Shown here: positions 11,454 to 20,139 of the stretch, piece after piece
Layout: every line of letters starts with the position of its first letter
Numbering within the stretch: position 1 is the first letter of the stretch
Program-made: the position numbers and the translations under genes
Notes under the pieces: model-generated
Seen by the model: the letters and a program-made list of their open reading frames with translations, nothing else
Databases searched by the model: none
What the model was told of the DNA's origin: nothing
Source of the DNA: Candidatus Multivoradales bacterium
GTDB taxonomy: Bacteria > Acidobacteriota > Thermoanaerobaculia > Multivoradales > JAHEKO01
NCBI GenBank assembly: GCA_965223855.1
Contig: CBDCXM010000009.1
Coordinates: 1,056,001-1,120,000, forward strand
Direction of reading: 5' to 3'
DNA: 64,000 nucleotides

Positions 11454-11492
11454 AGGTGTCGCCCGCTGGTTCAGGTGCCACAGGAATCCTGC
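11454..11492 (+). repeat. L end motif (solo) with partial tandem duplicate
   Basis: aggtgtc (11454), then aggtgccacaggaatcctgc (11473-11492). Confidence 0.8.
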
Positions 11493-11541
11493 TGGCAGCC
11501 ACTGGCGGTTCCGGTTTTTCGACGGCGCCTTCAGGAAACGC

Positions 11542-11919
11542 TCACCGCCATCGAGACATCGCGGCTTGGTAGAGGCTCTTCTGTCTTGCAGGATCGTCCT
11601 GAATCTCCAGGTGGAGGTCGAAGAGGTCGAGCAACCGGCCGTCTTCCGTCATCACGGTGCCCTCCTCCTCACCAGCCGACCGGACGCCGAACCATGCCTG
11701 GAGCATGCCGGCCACTTCCCGGTCGCCAACTCTGACGAGTTCTAGGAAGTCGGAGAATCTGAGAGCGTAGCCCGTATCGGGGATCACAGTGTCGGCCTTT
11801 ACCTGTGGGATAGTGCTGACGCCGCACTGCGGGCAGTTCATCTCACGACCAAGCGCGTTGTAGGGCAGCTGGTAGCCGGTAGCGCAGCTAGGGCAGGTGA
11901 CCTCGATCAGGGGAGTCAA
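11542..11919 (-). CDS. Small zinc-ribbon protein, putative immunity protein of the RHS-TNT toxin
   Basis: CPSC...CPQC; start overlaps the RHS stop codon. The immunity role is inferred from position only. Confidence 0.6.
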   Translation of the reverse strand: MTPLIEVTCPSCATGYQLPYNALGREMNCPQCGVSTIPQVKADTVIPDTGYALRFSDFLELVRVGDREVAGMLQAWFGVRSAGEEEGTVMTEDGRLLDLFDLHLEIQDDPARQKSLYQAAMSRWR

Positions 11920-13562
11920 GGGATGGGCTCCAAGTAGCCGGCATCGACGAGCTGTTCGACCGATTGGTCGAAGTAGTACTGTAGCGCCCCTCCTCTGGCT
12001 CCGAATTCTGGTACTGGAGCGGCCGGGCCGGCTTCGGCCTCGAATGCGCGCACGACTCGATACTGAGAGTAGGCCAAGTCCTCAGAGCCGACCGGTAGTC
12101 CCAGATCAGAGACCGATGCGCCGGGAGGAGCGGCATATCGGCCGCTGGGAGGGCCATACCGCGCGACCACCGTACCCTCAGACACGGAAGTGCGCACGCT
12201 GGAGGCGAACCCCCTGTTAGGGGGATAGGGCAAGTCACGAGCTGAGACAAATCTGCCCGTCTCGAGGTCTCTGTATCGGCTCGCGCGAGAATCGAAGATG
12301 AAGCGGGCGTCGCTAGCCGAGGGCAACCGGGGTAGCCCGCTTGTCATGGGGGGGCTCAGGCCCTCCCTTGCCTTAGAGACCAAACGCTTGGTTGCGCCGC
12401 CAAGAAACAAGGCCTCCAACATCACCTCCGTGCTGTTGGCAGCCAGCTCGACCCTCTCCCGTTCGCTGCCGTAGAACGCCGTGTCCAACGCCTGCCGGGC
12501 CATTCCGGACGGGATCTCGACGACAGCCCGGAGGCCTCCCTGCGGATCCTCGGCGATGATGCGGCCGAGTTGGTGGGCCGACTGCTCGATGGTCATCGCC
12601 AGTTCGCCCAGTTCCTCGTCCGCCTCCTGGCGCAGGCGGTGGTCCGGGGGAAGCGCTTCCGTCACGATCATGTTGGCCGCAAAGTTCGCGGCGTTGACGC
12701 CCCGCTGCAGCAGGCCGAGAACGCCAGCGTTGATAGCGCGGCTGGCTGCATCGCCGATCACCGCTCCCGAGACTCCCTGATCGACTTCCCCCGCAAGCAC
12801 CGCTTCGCGCTCCTCGGCGAGGTTCCTGGCGAGCTCGACCAGCTCCTGGATTTCCCCGCTCGGGTCCACCCACACGGTCGGATTCGAGTAGGCGTAGAGA
12901 TAGCGATGGAGACTGCCCGGCGTGGTGGGAGTCCCCAGCTGGGGATCCTCCGTGAGAAACCTCCCCACCGCAGGGTCGTAGCGACGGGCACGGGCGTAGT
13001 AGCCCCCCATCTCTGCGTCATGCCGATAGCCCGTGAACCCGTAGGTGTCCGGGAGCGTCCCCTGGACCTGCTCCCGCACGTTGCCCCAGGCGTCGTACTG
13101 CTTGTAGCTGTCGACCGACCCGTCCGGCCTGGAGATCTGGGTGGGTGAGCCGAGCGCGTCCTGCTGGTAGTAGCCCGCGTTCCCGCCACTCTCGACCGAG
13201 AAGGGACCTCCCGGTCCGTGGTGGTAGCGAGCGACTGTTGCCCCCGAGTCGTCGGTCTCGAGCAAGAGCAGCTCGTCGTCGTAGACGAAGTTGCGACCTC
13301 CAGCGGGCGTGACCTTGCGGACGAGGCGACCCTGATAGTCGTAGTAGTAGCGAGCCAGCGTCGTACCGGCGTCGTCCGTGATCTGAATCAGCCGGTCTCG
13401 GGCGTCGTAGGCGAAATGTGTGGTTTCGCCGTCGATCGTCCGCGACGTCTGGTTCCCGTTGCCGTCGTACGTGTAGGTCACGTCGGCCGTCTGACCGGCA
13501 GCCGCGACGGCATGGAGGAGAGCGATGAGCAGCGTCTGCCGCAGCCACAATCGGTAGCGCAC
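11916..13562 (-). CDS. Compact RHS-repeat protein with C-terminal TNT (DUF4237, NAD+ glycohydrolase-like) toxin domain
   Basis: YD repeats; core YGFTGY...YYARARRYDPAVGRFLTEDP...YLYAYSNPTVWVDPSG; C-terminal ARYGPPSGRY...YSQYRV...GPAAP..FGARGGALQY...SVEQLVDAGYL matches the TNT pattern. Confidence 0.85.
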   Translation of the reverse strand: MRYRLWLRQTLLIALLHAVAAAGQTADVTYTYDGNGNQTSRTIDGETTHFAYDARDRLIQITDDAGTTLARYYYDYQGRLVRKVTPAGGRNFVYDDELLLLETDDSGATVARYHHGPGGPFSVESGGNAGYYQQDALGSPTQISRPDGSVDSYKQYDAWGNVREQVQGTLPDTYGFTGYRHDAEMGGYYARARRYDPAVGRFLTEDPQLGTPTTPGSLHRYLYAYSNPTVWVDPSGEIQELVELARNLAEEREAVLAGEVDQGVSGAVIGDAASRAINAGVLGLLQRGVNAANFAANMIVTEALPPDHRLRQEADEELGELAMTIEQSAHQLGRIIAEDPQGGLRAVVEIPSGMARQALDTAFYGSERERVELAANSTEVMLEALFLGGATKRLVSKAREGLSPPMTSGLPRLPSASDARFIFDSRASRYRDLETGRFVSARDLPYPPNRGFASSVRTSVSEGTVVARYGPPSGRYAAPPGASVSDLGLPVGSEDLAYSQYRVVRAFEAEAGPAAPVPEFGARGGALQYYFDQSVEQLVDAGYLEPIP

Positions 13563-13703
13563 GAGTGCCCCTATCCAGCCATCTTGTAGAAACGTAGAGA
13601 AGCTTGCACTTTAGCACTGAAACCTTCAGCGCGGTTCGGTCCGGCTCCCGAGCCGCACGGAATGTGCAAGGAGGAAGCGCCCTTTTCCGTCTGCGGGAAC
13701 AGG

Positions 13704-14609
13704 ATGGGCTACCGACTTCGCCACCTTGCCGGCCCTCGCCTCGTCGAGGTCACGACCCGCGCCGTGCAGCGTCGCTTCCTGCTGCGGCCGTCGCCCAAGG
13801 TCAACGCCATCATCATCGGTGCGCTCGCCCGTGCTCAACGCAAGTACGGAATGAAGCTCTGCTACTGCGTCTACCTCTCGAACCACGCCCACCTGCTCCT
13901 GTGGCCCGACGACTCGAAGCAGCTCGCCGACTTCATGCGCTACGCCCACTCGAAGATCGCCAAGGAGCTCGGTCGCATCCACGACTGGCGCGGCGGGATC
14001 TTCGAGCGCCGCTACACCGCTATCGAGCTGAGCGAGGAAGAGGCCCAGCCGGAGAAACGCTTGCGCTACCTGCTTGCCCAGGGATGCAAGGAGAGGCTCG
14101 TCGCTTCTCCCAGGCACTGGCCGGGGGCGACGAGCCTGCGGGTTCTGACCGAAGGTCGAGAGCTCAAAGGCATCTGGATCGATCGCACGGCGCAGTACCG
14201 GGCTCGGGAGAATGGGCACCGCGCTCCCGAGCGGAAGTTCACTGAGGAAGAGCGACTGGAGATCACGCCGCTGCCGACCTGGGGCGATCTGACTGAGTCG
14301 CAGCAGCAGGCAAGGGTCCGCGCGATCGTCCGGGAGATCGAAGCTGAGACCGAAGGCCACAAGGTGCTGGGCCGCAAGGCCATCCTCGAACAGGATCCTC
14401 ATGGGCGGCCTTCAAGCCATCCTGCGCGCACTCCGGCGCCGAGGTTTCACGCGACCGACCGAGGCGTTCGCAGGGCGCTGGAAGAGGCCTACCAGTGGTT
14501 CGTGATCGAGTACAGGCGCGCGGCGGAAGCGCTTCGGGCAGGGAGGCCTGCGGACTTCCCTCCGGGCTGCTTCCTGCCCGCAGGGCGCTACATCCCGCTG
14601 AGGATCTAG
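13704..14609 (+). CDS. HUH/Y1 tyrosine transposase (RAYT/IS200-like), copy 1
   Basis: EVTTRAVQRRFLL, YCVYLSNHAHLL (HUH), G.IFERRY, RLRYLLAQGCKERLV (catalytic Tyr helix), C-terminal FPPG; 301 aa. Confidence 0.9.
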   Translation: MGYRLRHLAGPRLVEVTTRAVQRRFLLRPSPKVNAIIIGALARAQRKYGMKLCYCVYLSNHAHLLLWPDDSKQLADFMRYAHSKIAKELGRIHDWRGGIFERRYTAIELSEEEAQPEKRLRYLLAQGCKERLVASPRHWPGATSLRVLTEGRELKGIWIDRTAQYRARENGHRAPERKFTEEERLEITPLPTWGDLTESQQQARVRAIVREIEAETEGHKVLGRKAILEQDPHGRPSSHPARTPAPRFHATDRGVRRALEEAYQWFVIEYRRAAEALRAGRPADFPPGCFLPAGRYIPLRI

Positions 14610-14820
14610 GCAGAGCTCGCGTTCCATGCCGAACCGGTCGTCGCCGAGCGCGACGGCCGGTTGCGGCGTGGAGGGGCGTCGCGGAAATGCTGCGAAGGGG
14701 TCGCTGAGTCACGAGAACTAGCCCGAGAACGCCCTCGACGAGGCTACTTCGAGAGGTCCCCGAGTCTGAGAGCGTGCTCGATCGGCGAGGACGAGGTGCG
14801 GGCCGCGTCGCGAACGTGGA

Positions 14821-14856
14821 CTCTTCAGTATTCCCAGTATTCCTGTGAGGCCTCTA
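14821..14856 (+). repeat. R end motif with internal stutter
   Basis: ctcttcagtattcc-cagtattcc-tgtgaggcctcta. Confidence 0.9.
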
Positions 14857-14949
14857 TTTCGGGGTGCGGGCTGTGCCGTTGCAGTCTTTGAGAGACGAAG
14901 TCGGCTGACGGACGGCTGGGGTTCTTCTCGATCTCGACCTCCTGGGAGT

Positions 14950-14973
14950 AGGTGCCCTTGCGGCACTGCAAGG
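14950..14973 (+). repeat. Degenerate L end motif of copy 2
   Basis: aggtgcccttgcggcactgcaagg, 56 nt upstream of the ATG as in the other copies. Confidence 0.65.
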
Positions 14974-15005
14974 ATGTGGACGCACCCTCCGTCTGAAGAG
15001 GCGAG

Positions 15006-15911
15006 ATGGGCTACCGCCTTCGCCACCTTGCCGGCCCTCGCCTCGTCGAGGTCACGACCCGCGCCGTGCAGCGCCGCTTCCTTCTGCGGCCTTCGGCCAA
15101 GGTCAACTCCATCATCATCGGCGCCCTGGCTCGTGCTCAGCGCAAGTACGGCATGAAGGTCTGCTACTGCGTCTATCTCTCGAACCACGCCCACCTGCTC
15201 CTGTGGCCCGACGACTCGAAGCAGCTCGCCGACTTCATTCGCTACGCCCACTCGAAGATCGCCAAGGAGCTAGGCCGGATCCATGATTGGCGAGGCGGGA
15301 TCTTCGAGCGCCGCTACACCGCCATCGAGCTGAGCGAGGAAGAGGCCCAGCCGGAGAAGCGCTTGCGCTACCTGTTGTCCCAGGGATGCAAGGAGAGGCT
15401 CGTGGCTTCCCCCAGGCACTGGCCGGGAGCGACGAGCCTGCGGGTACTGACCGAAGGCCGGGAGCTCAAGGGCATCTGGATCGATCGCACGGCGCAGTAC
15501 CGGGCTCGGGAGAGCGGACACCGGGCTCCCGAGCGCAACTTCACCGAGGAAGAGCGACTGGAGATCACCCCGCTGCCGACCTGGGGCGACCTGAGCGAAT
15601 CACAACGACAGGCGAAGGTCCGCTCGATCGTTCGGGAGATCGAAGCGGAGACCGAAGGCCACAAAGTCCTCGGCCGAAAGGCCATCCTCGAGCAGGATCC
15701 TCATGGTCGTCCTTCCAGCCGACCCGAGCGCACTCCAGCGCCGAGGTTCCATGCAATCGATCGAGGTGTTCGCCGAGCCCTGGAAGAGGCCTACCAGTGG
15801 TTCGTGATCGAGTACCGGTGTGCGGCGGAAGCACTTCAGGCAGGCAAGCCTGCGGACTTCCCTCCGGGCTGCTTCCTGCCAGCTGGGCGCTACATCCCGT
15901 TGAGACTCTAG
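15006..15911 (+). CDS. HUH/Y1 tyrosine transposase, copy 2
   Basis: 301 aa; about 94% identical to copy 1 by manual comparison. Confidence 0.9.
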   Translation: MGYRLRHLAGPRLVEVTTRAVQRRFLLRPSAKVNSIIIGALARAQRKYGMKVCYCVYLSNHAHLLLWPDDSKQLADFIRYAHSKIAKELGRIHDWRGGIFERRYTAIELSEEEAQPEKRLRYLLSQGCKERLVASPRHWPGATSLRVLTEGRELKGIWIDRTAQYRARESGHRAPERNFTEEERLEITPLPTWGDLSESQRQAKVRSIVREIEAETEGHKVLGRKAILEQDPHGRPSSRPERTPAPRFHAIDRGVRRALEEAYQWFVIEYRCAAEALQAGKPADFPPGCFLPAGRYIPLRL

Positions 15912-16121
15912 CTAGGTTGATTCTCTCGAGTCGGACCGGTCGTCGCCGAGTGCGACGGCCGGTTGCGGCGTGGAGCGGGGACTCGGGAATGCTGCCGGGA
16001 GGTCGCTGAGCCGCGCCACGCCCTCAAGAGTGGCCACGACGAGGCGTTCCGGGCAGTCGCCGAGTGCCGAGCACGTGCGCGATCAGAGAAGTTGAAGCGC
16101 GAGCGGCGGTGCGGGTGTGGG

Positions 16122-16148
16122 CTCTTCAGTATTCCTGTGAGGCCTCTA
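16122..16148 (+). repeat. R end motif
   Basis: ctcttcagtattcctgtgaggcctcta (consensus). Confidence 0.95.
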
Positions 16149-16309
16149 TTCCGGCACCCCCGCCTTTACCGCAATCGAGCCGCCGCCGAGGTGTGAGGCG
16201 ACTCAGACCCAGGGGATGTGGCCGGATGTGGTTCTTCGGCTTCGGGTGGAGTGTTCGGGTTCGTGAGGCGAGGTGGCGAGCGCCGGGTTCGCCGGGCCCG
16301 CGGTCCGGG

Positions 16310-16687
16310 CTAGACCCGGCGGACGACCGCGCGGATCCAGGTCGCGAGCCGCGCCATGTCGAGCGTGCCGGCTTCCAGCTCGCCGACCAGGAACGCATGC
16401 GCCTCCGGCCCGTCGACGTCGAAGCGCCAGCCGTTGAGTCGCAGGAAGACGTCGGTGGCGAAGAACGCGACCCGCTTGTTGCCGTCGACGAACGGATGAT
16501 TCATCAGCAGCGATTCGAAGAGTGCCGCCGCCATCTGCAAGAGGTCGGCGTAGTAGCCGGTCTGGGGCCGGTAGAGCGCGCTCTCCAGCAAGCCGTGGTC
16601 GCGCACCCCAGCAGCGCCGCCGAACGCCTCCAGCAGCCGTTCGTGGATCGCCAGCGCTTCGTCGACCGACAGGAACGCGACGGTCAC
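16310..16687 (-). CDS. doc: Doc/Fic-family toxin (death-on-curing)
   Basis: GVRDHGLLESALYRP and HPFVDGNKR motif; GTG start overlaps the antitoxin stop. Confidence 0.9.
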   Translation of the reverse strand: MTVAFLSVDEALAIHERLLEAFGGAAGVRDHGLLESALYRPQTGYYADLLQMAAALFESLLMNHPFVDGNKRVAFFATDVFLRLNGWRFDVDGPEAHAFLVGELEAGTLDMARLATWIRAVVRRV

Positions 16688-16893
16688 TGGGCGAGCAGCC
16701 GCCCGAGTTCCTCGTTCGCCTCGATCGACGCCTCGAGGTGCTCGAGAACCTGCGGCCGGACACGCCGCCGCCGCACGTAGTCGCGAATCGCCTCCGTCAG
16801 CAGTCCGGAGATGCTCTGGTGCGACTCCGCGGCCAGCGCCTTGAGGTCGCGCCACGCTTGCTCGTCGACTTTCGAGCTGACCTTGATCGACAT
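16684..16893 (-). CDS. Ribbon-helix-helix antitoxin
   Basis: MSIKVSSKVDEQAWRDLKALAAESHQSISGLLTEAIRDY (RHH); ends LGRLLAQ like Doc-associated antitoxins. Confidence 0.8.
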   Translation of the reverse strand: MSIKVSSKVDEQAWRDLKALAAESHQSISGLLTEAIRDYVRRRRVRPQVLEHLEASIEANEELGRLLAQ

Positions 16894-16979
16894 GCGGAGA
16901 TTGTAGGTTGACGTATCAAGATTTGTCAAGATCGAGAGCCTCTCGGCGAGGCCGCGACCTGGATCTCGCGGAAAAGGGG

Positions 16980-17006
16980 CTCTTCAGCGTTCCTGTGAGG
17001 CCTCGA
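16980..17006 (+). repeat. R end motif (solo)
   Basis: ctcttcagcgttcctgtgaggcctcga. Confidence 0.85.
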
Positions 17007-17032
17007 TCTGCCTCTATCTCGTCTATCTCGAC

Positions 17033-17058
17033 CTCTCTCTCTCTCTCTCTCTCTCTCT
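17033..17058. repeat. (CT)13 microsatellite
   Basis: Perfect dinucleotide run directly after the R motif stutter. Confidence 0.95.
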
Positions 17059-17074
17059 GAGACCCGCCAGGCCG

Positions 17075-18154
17075 TCAAGGCAGAGTCGAGGACCACGCCG
17101 AGGTATCGCCGCTCTCGAAGCCGTCGGCGAAGATGTCGGTCTCGATGACCGCCAGTTCGATGAAGCGCGCGCTGACCCCACTGATCTTCGTATCGACCAG
17201 AGCTCCCGCGGTGTTGATCTCGAAGACGCCGTCGCCGTTGGTGACCAGCAGATTGCCGTTCGGGAGCGGATAGACCCCGCGAAGCCCGCCGAGCCCGGCC
17301 GGTACGATCGTGTCGAGCAGCGCCCCCGTCGCGTCGTAGACGAGGACCCCGGCCTGCGCACCCGAGAAATTGGCGACGTAGACGGAAGCGACGCCGGGCG
17401 CGGTCACACCTTCCACGACGTGAACCTGCTCCGGGAAGTTGTCGACCGCTGCGAACACGGAGGCACTGGCTCCACAAGCCGTAGAGGCGAGCACCGCGTC
17501 GACGTCGATGTCGGTGATCAGCGCCACCGAGAGGTCGACGCGAATGTTGACGTCGAACGGACTGTCGAGGCCCTGTGCGGCTGCCCAGCAGTCGAAGTCG
17601 TACGTCCCATCCACCTCGAAGGAGGGCACGGTCTGGGTGTTGCCGGACGTGGCGAGGTAGTTGTCACCGAACGGATTGAGCTCGAAGCCGCGGGCGTTGT
17701 CGTAGACGGAGGTGTTGACCCCGCCGGCCGGCGCGAAGAGCCCCAGCGGTGCCCCCGCAAGGTTGTACGCGAAGATGCCGTCGTTGAGTTGATCGGCAAC
17801 CAGGATGCGGTTGCCCTCGACACTCAGGATGGCGTTGATCGGCGTCGCGAGATCTCCGCTCGAAGGGACGAAGTCGGGATCGATCAGATCCCCTGTCGTC
17901 GCGTCGAACGCCATCACCCGATCGTTGCTCGACTCCGGGATCAGGAGGATCCCGCCACTCCCCAGCGCCTCCAGCGCTCGCGCGCGCCGTGCCGGGTCGG
18001 GTCGGGTCTCACGAGCCTCGGGTGCGTCCGGCAGCTCGAGGCCCGCCGCTTCCAGACTCTCGATCTCGGTCGCACGAGCAGTCTTATCGACCTCGCCCGC
18101 GACCACGTGAGGAGCCAAAAGCAGACTCAAGAAAACCACGCCGTTACGAGTCAT
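17075..18154 (-). CDS. Secreted beta-propeller-like protein with C-terminal IFADGFESGD motif
   Basis: Signal peptide; NHL/propeller-like repeats; ends DIFADGFESGDTSAWSSTLP. Confidence 0.8.
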   Translation of the reverse strand: MTRNGVVFLSLLLAPHVVAGEVDKTARATEIESLEAAGLELPDAPEARETRPDPARRARALEALGSGGILLIPESSNDRVMAFDATTGDLIDPDFVPSSGDLATPINAILSVEGNRILVADQLNDGIFAYNLAGAPLGLFAPAGGVNTSVYDNARGFELNPFGDNYLATSGNTQTVPSFEVDGTYDFDCWAAAQGLDSPFDVNIRVDLSVALITDIDVDAVLASTACGASASVFAAVDNFPEQVHVVEGVTAPGVASVYVANFSGAQAGVLVYDATGALLDTIVPAGLGGLRGVYPLPNGNLLVTNGDGVFEINTAGALVDTKISGVSARFIELAVIETDIFADGFESGDTSAWSSTLP

Positions 18155-18431
18155 AGTTCCCCCTGTCGTTCTGATGGATGGTGCCGGACAGTGTAGCTCA
18201 GCTCTTCGCACCGAAGCGGCGCGGCAGGAGCGCTTCTCCGCGGTCGCGGAGCGGAACCTCGATCGTGGATAGGCCGTTCCGAGTCGGCGACTGGACCGTC
18301 GATCCCGACCGGGGCATCGGTCGAGAGCTCGAGCGCCACCGCGTCGCTGAGCGCGTCGGCGCTCGCGGTTCTCACCGAGCTGGCGGCGCACGCGCTGGGG
18401 GAACGGTCGGGCCAAAGGAGCGGCCTAAGGT

Positions 18432-18455
18432 AGGTGTCACAGGAATACTGCAAGG
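18432..18455 (+). repeat. L end motif
   Basis: aggtgtcacaggaatactgcaagg (consensus), preceded by an aggt duplication. Confidence 0.95.
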
Positions 18456-18487
18456 ATGAGGATCGGATCTCCGTCTGAAGAGACGAG

Positions 18488-18583
18488 ATGGGCTACCGAC
18501 TTCGCCACCTTCCCGGCCCTCGCCTCGTCGAGGTCACGACCCGCGCCGTCCAGCGCCGCTTCCTGCTGCGGCCGTCGCCCAAG
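18488..18583 (+). pseudogene. Short 5' fragment of the HUH/Y1 transposase
   Basis: MGYRLRHLPGPRLVEVTTRAVQRRFLLRPSPK, then unrelated sequence. Confidence 0.9.
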
Positions 18584-18776
18584 GGATGGCGCCGTTGGGC
18601 CTCTTTGCCCGGTTCTTCGGAATCCTGTGGGGCCTCCGTTCCGGGCCTCTGCTCCGGCTAGCGCCGACCTCCGCCCCGCGATCTCTCATGGACCGTCGAT
18701 CGTCAGCGGGCTACACTGCCTCTGAAGCCAGGCTCTTCAAGAGAACCGCCACAGACCGAGAAGGTGAGGTGCTCGA

Positions 18777-19493
18777 GTGAAATCGACTCCGGAAAGATAT
18801 CGCTTTGTGGGTCTCACCGTCGGACTCGCCGTCCTCGGGCTTCTCTCCTCGGGTGCCTCCGGCACTCCTGCCCGGGCGGAGGCGGTTGCCAAGGAGCGCC
18901 CGCCCGAGGAGACCAAGGCCGGACGCGCCAGGCCGGACAGGCAGCCAGTGGGGGTCCATTCTCTTGGCCAGAACGGTGGGGAGCTGGGAACCGGCACCGT
19001 GCAGTACGACCCTCCAGGTCCAGCGGACATCCTCCTGGCCGCCAACCTCAACTGGTTCGTTGGCAACCGGTTCGACACTCGCAATGGCAATCCGCTGAGT
19101 TCGGGCGTCGTGACGCAGATCGCCGCCTACTGGGGCCCGGCACCCACGGCGACCTACCCGGTCTGGGGCATCAAGAACGTCGCAAACACGCAGATCCTGC
19201 ACTTGACCTACGTGCCCGGGCAGGTGCCGCTTCAGTTCAACACGCTCAACGTCTCCTGGGCTGTGCCGTCGGTCTTCCTGGGTGGGCTCAGGATCGGCAA
19301 CGGAGGGTTTCCGTCGTCGGCCTACAGTGTCGGCGTGCGCTACTCGAGCTACAACAGCCAGGGCTTCCACGGGCTGGTGTTTGCGCAGAGCACCTCCGCG
19401 ACCTCTCAGATCGCCAGCGGCAACGCCATGTTCCGGGTCTCTGGAGATCTGGTCATTCCGGTCGAGTTGGTGGAGTTCGAGCTGGAACGCTGA
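18777..19493 (+). CDS. Secreted protein with C-terminal PVEL-xx-F motif; paralog of 35595-36257
   Basis: Signal peptide; shared blocks GTGT.xYDP, GNRF.TRNG.PLS, N.QGFHG, NAM.R, PVEL.EFEL. Confidence 0.8.
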   Translation: MKSTPERYRFVGLTVGLAVLGLLSSGASGTPARAEAVAKERPPEETKAGRARPDRQPVGVHSLGQNGGELGTGTVQYDPPGPADILLAANLNWFVGNRFDTRNGNPLSSGVVTQIAAYWGPAPTATYPVWGIKNVANTQILHLTYVPGQVPLQFNTLNVSWAVPSVFLGGLRIGNGGFPSSAYSVGVRYSSYNSQGFHGLVFAQSTSATSQIASGNAMFRVSGDLVIPVELVEFELER

Positions 19494-19547
19494 CCGCGGT
19501 TCACGTCGGCCCCTGCAGCCGAGAGGCCGGCGTCAGGGAGTGCAGTC

Positions 19548-19568
19548 AGGTGTCACAGGAGTACCGCA
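19548..19568 (+). repeat. L end motif (solo)
   Basis: aggtgtcacaggagtaccgca. Confidence 0.9.
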
Positions 19569-19732
19569 GCTTCTCGGCCGTCACCTCGGCCTGCCGCTGA
19601 AGGGTCTCCTCCCGCACCCTGGCACTGAGGTCCTAGGCTGGGCGGGCCGCGCCGACGAACCACATGGAGACTCAAAACCCGAAGACCAGAAGCATCGGCA
19701 GCGCAATTAGTTTGCTCATCGCCCCGCGGAAC

Positions 19733-19753
19733 AGGTGTCACAGGAACACTGCA
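19733..19753 (+). repeat. L end motif (solo)
   Basis: aggtgtcacaggaacactgca. Confidence 0.9.
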
Positions 19754-19767
19754 GGAGGGCGGGTGCG

Positions 19768-20139
19768 CTACGGAGCGGTCAGAACGGCGTCGGAGTAGGC
19801 CACCTCACACTCGGACCAGGTGTCGCACACGCCTGAGACCTCGACGCACAGGTCGAGGCAGGGCTTCTGGCGGAGATCGCAGCTCAGGCAGGTTTCCAGT
19901 GCATCCTCGCACTGATTGCTGAGTTCATCGCAGAACGCTCTGAAGGCCTGGAGGCTCCTGCGGTGCGGGCTCGATAGCTCCTCCGGAACCGGTGGCCGCT
20001 CGAAGTCTTCGTAGCCGTCCAGCTTCGCCTGGAGCTTCGCAGCCTCCCTCGGGAGGTCTGTGTCCTCAGCCTGTTGACAGCTCACACTGACAAGCGAGGC
20101 TCCAGCGAATGTCGCCAACACCAGGACTCGGGTTCGCAT
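19768..20139 (-). CDS. Small Cys-rich lipoprotein
   Basis: Lipobox-like VSVSC; nine further Cys in the C-terminal half. Confidence 0.65.
   Translation of the reverse strand: MRTRVLVLATFAGASLVSVSCQQAEDTDLPREAAKLQAKLDGYEDFERPPVPEELSSPHRRSLQAFRAFCDELSNQCEDALETCLSCDLRQKPCLDLCVEVSGVCDTWSECEVAYSDAVLTAP

Noticed and set aside
13645-13672. L motif for transposase copy 1
   Set aside because: Only weak similarity (gagccgcacggaatgtgcaagg) at about the expected distance, so not listed as a feature.
17033-17058. (CT)13 as a phase-variable switch
   Set aside because: It is intergenic and downstream of the nearest gene; better explained as part of the R-end stutter.
19569-19732. Small gene between two L motifs
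   Set aside because: The minus-strand signal-peptide-like start (MSKLIALPMLLVFGF) hits a stop after 15 codons; at most a remnant.
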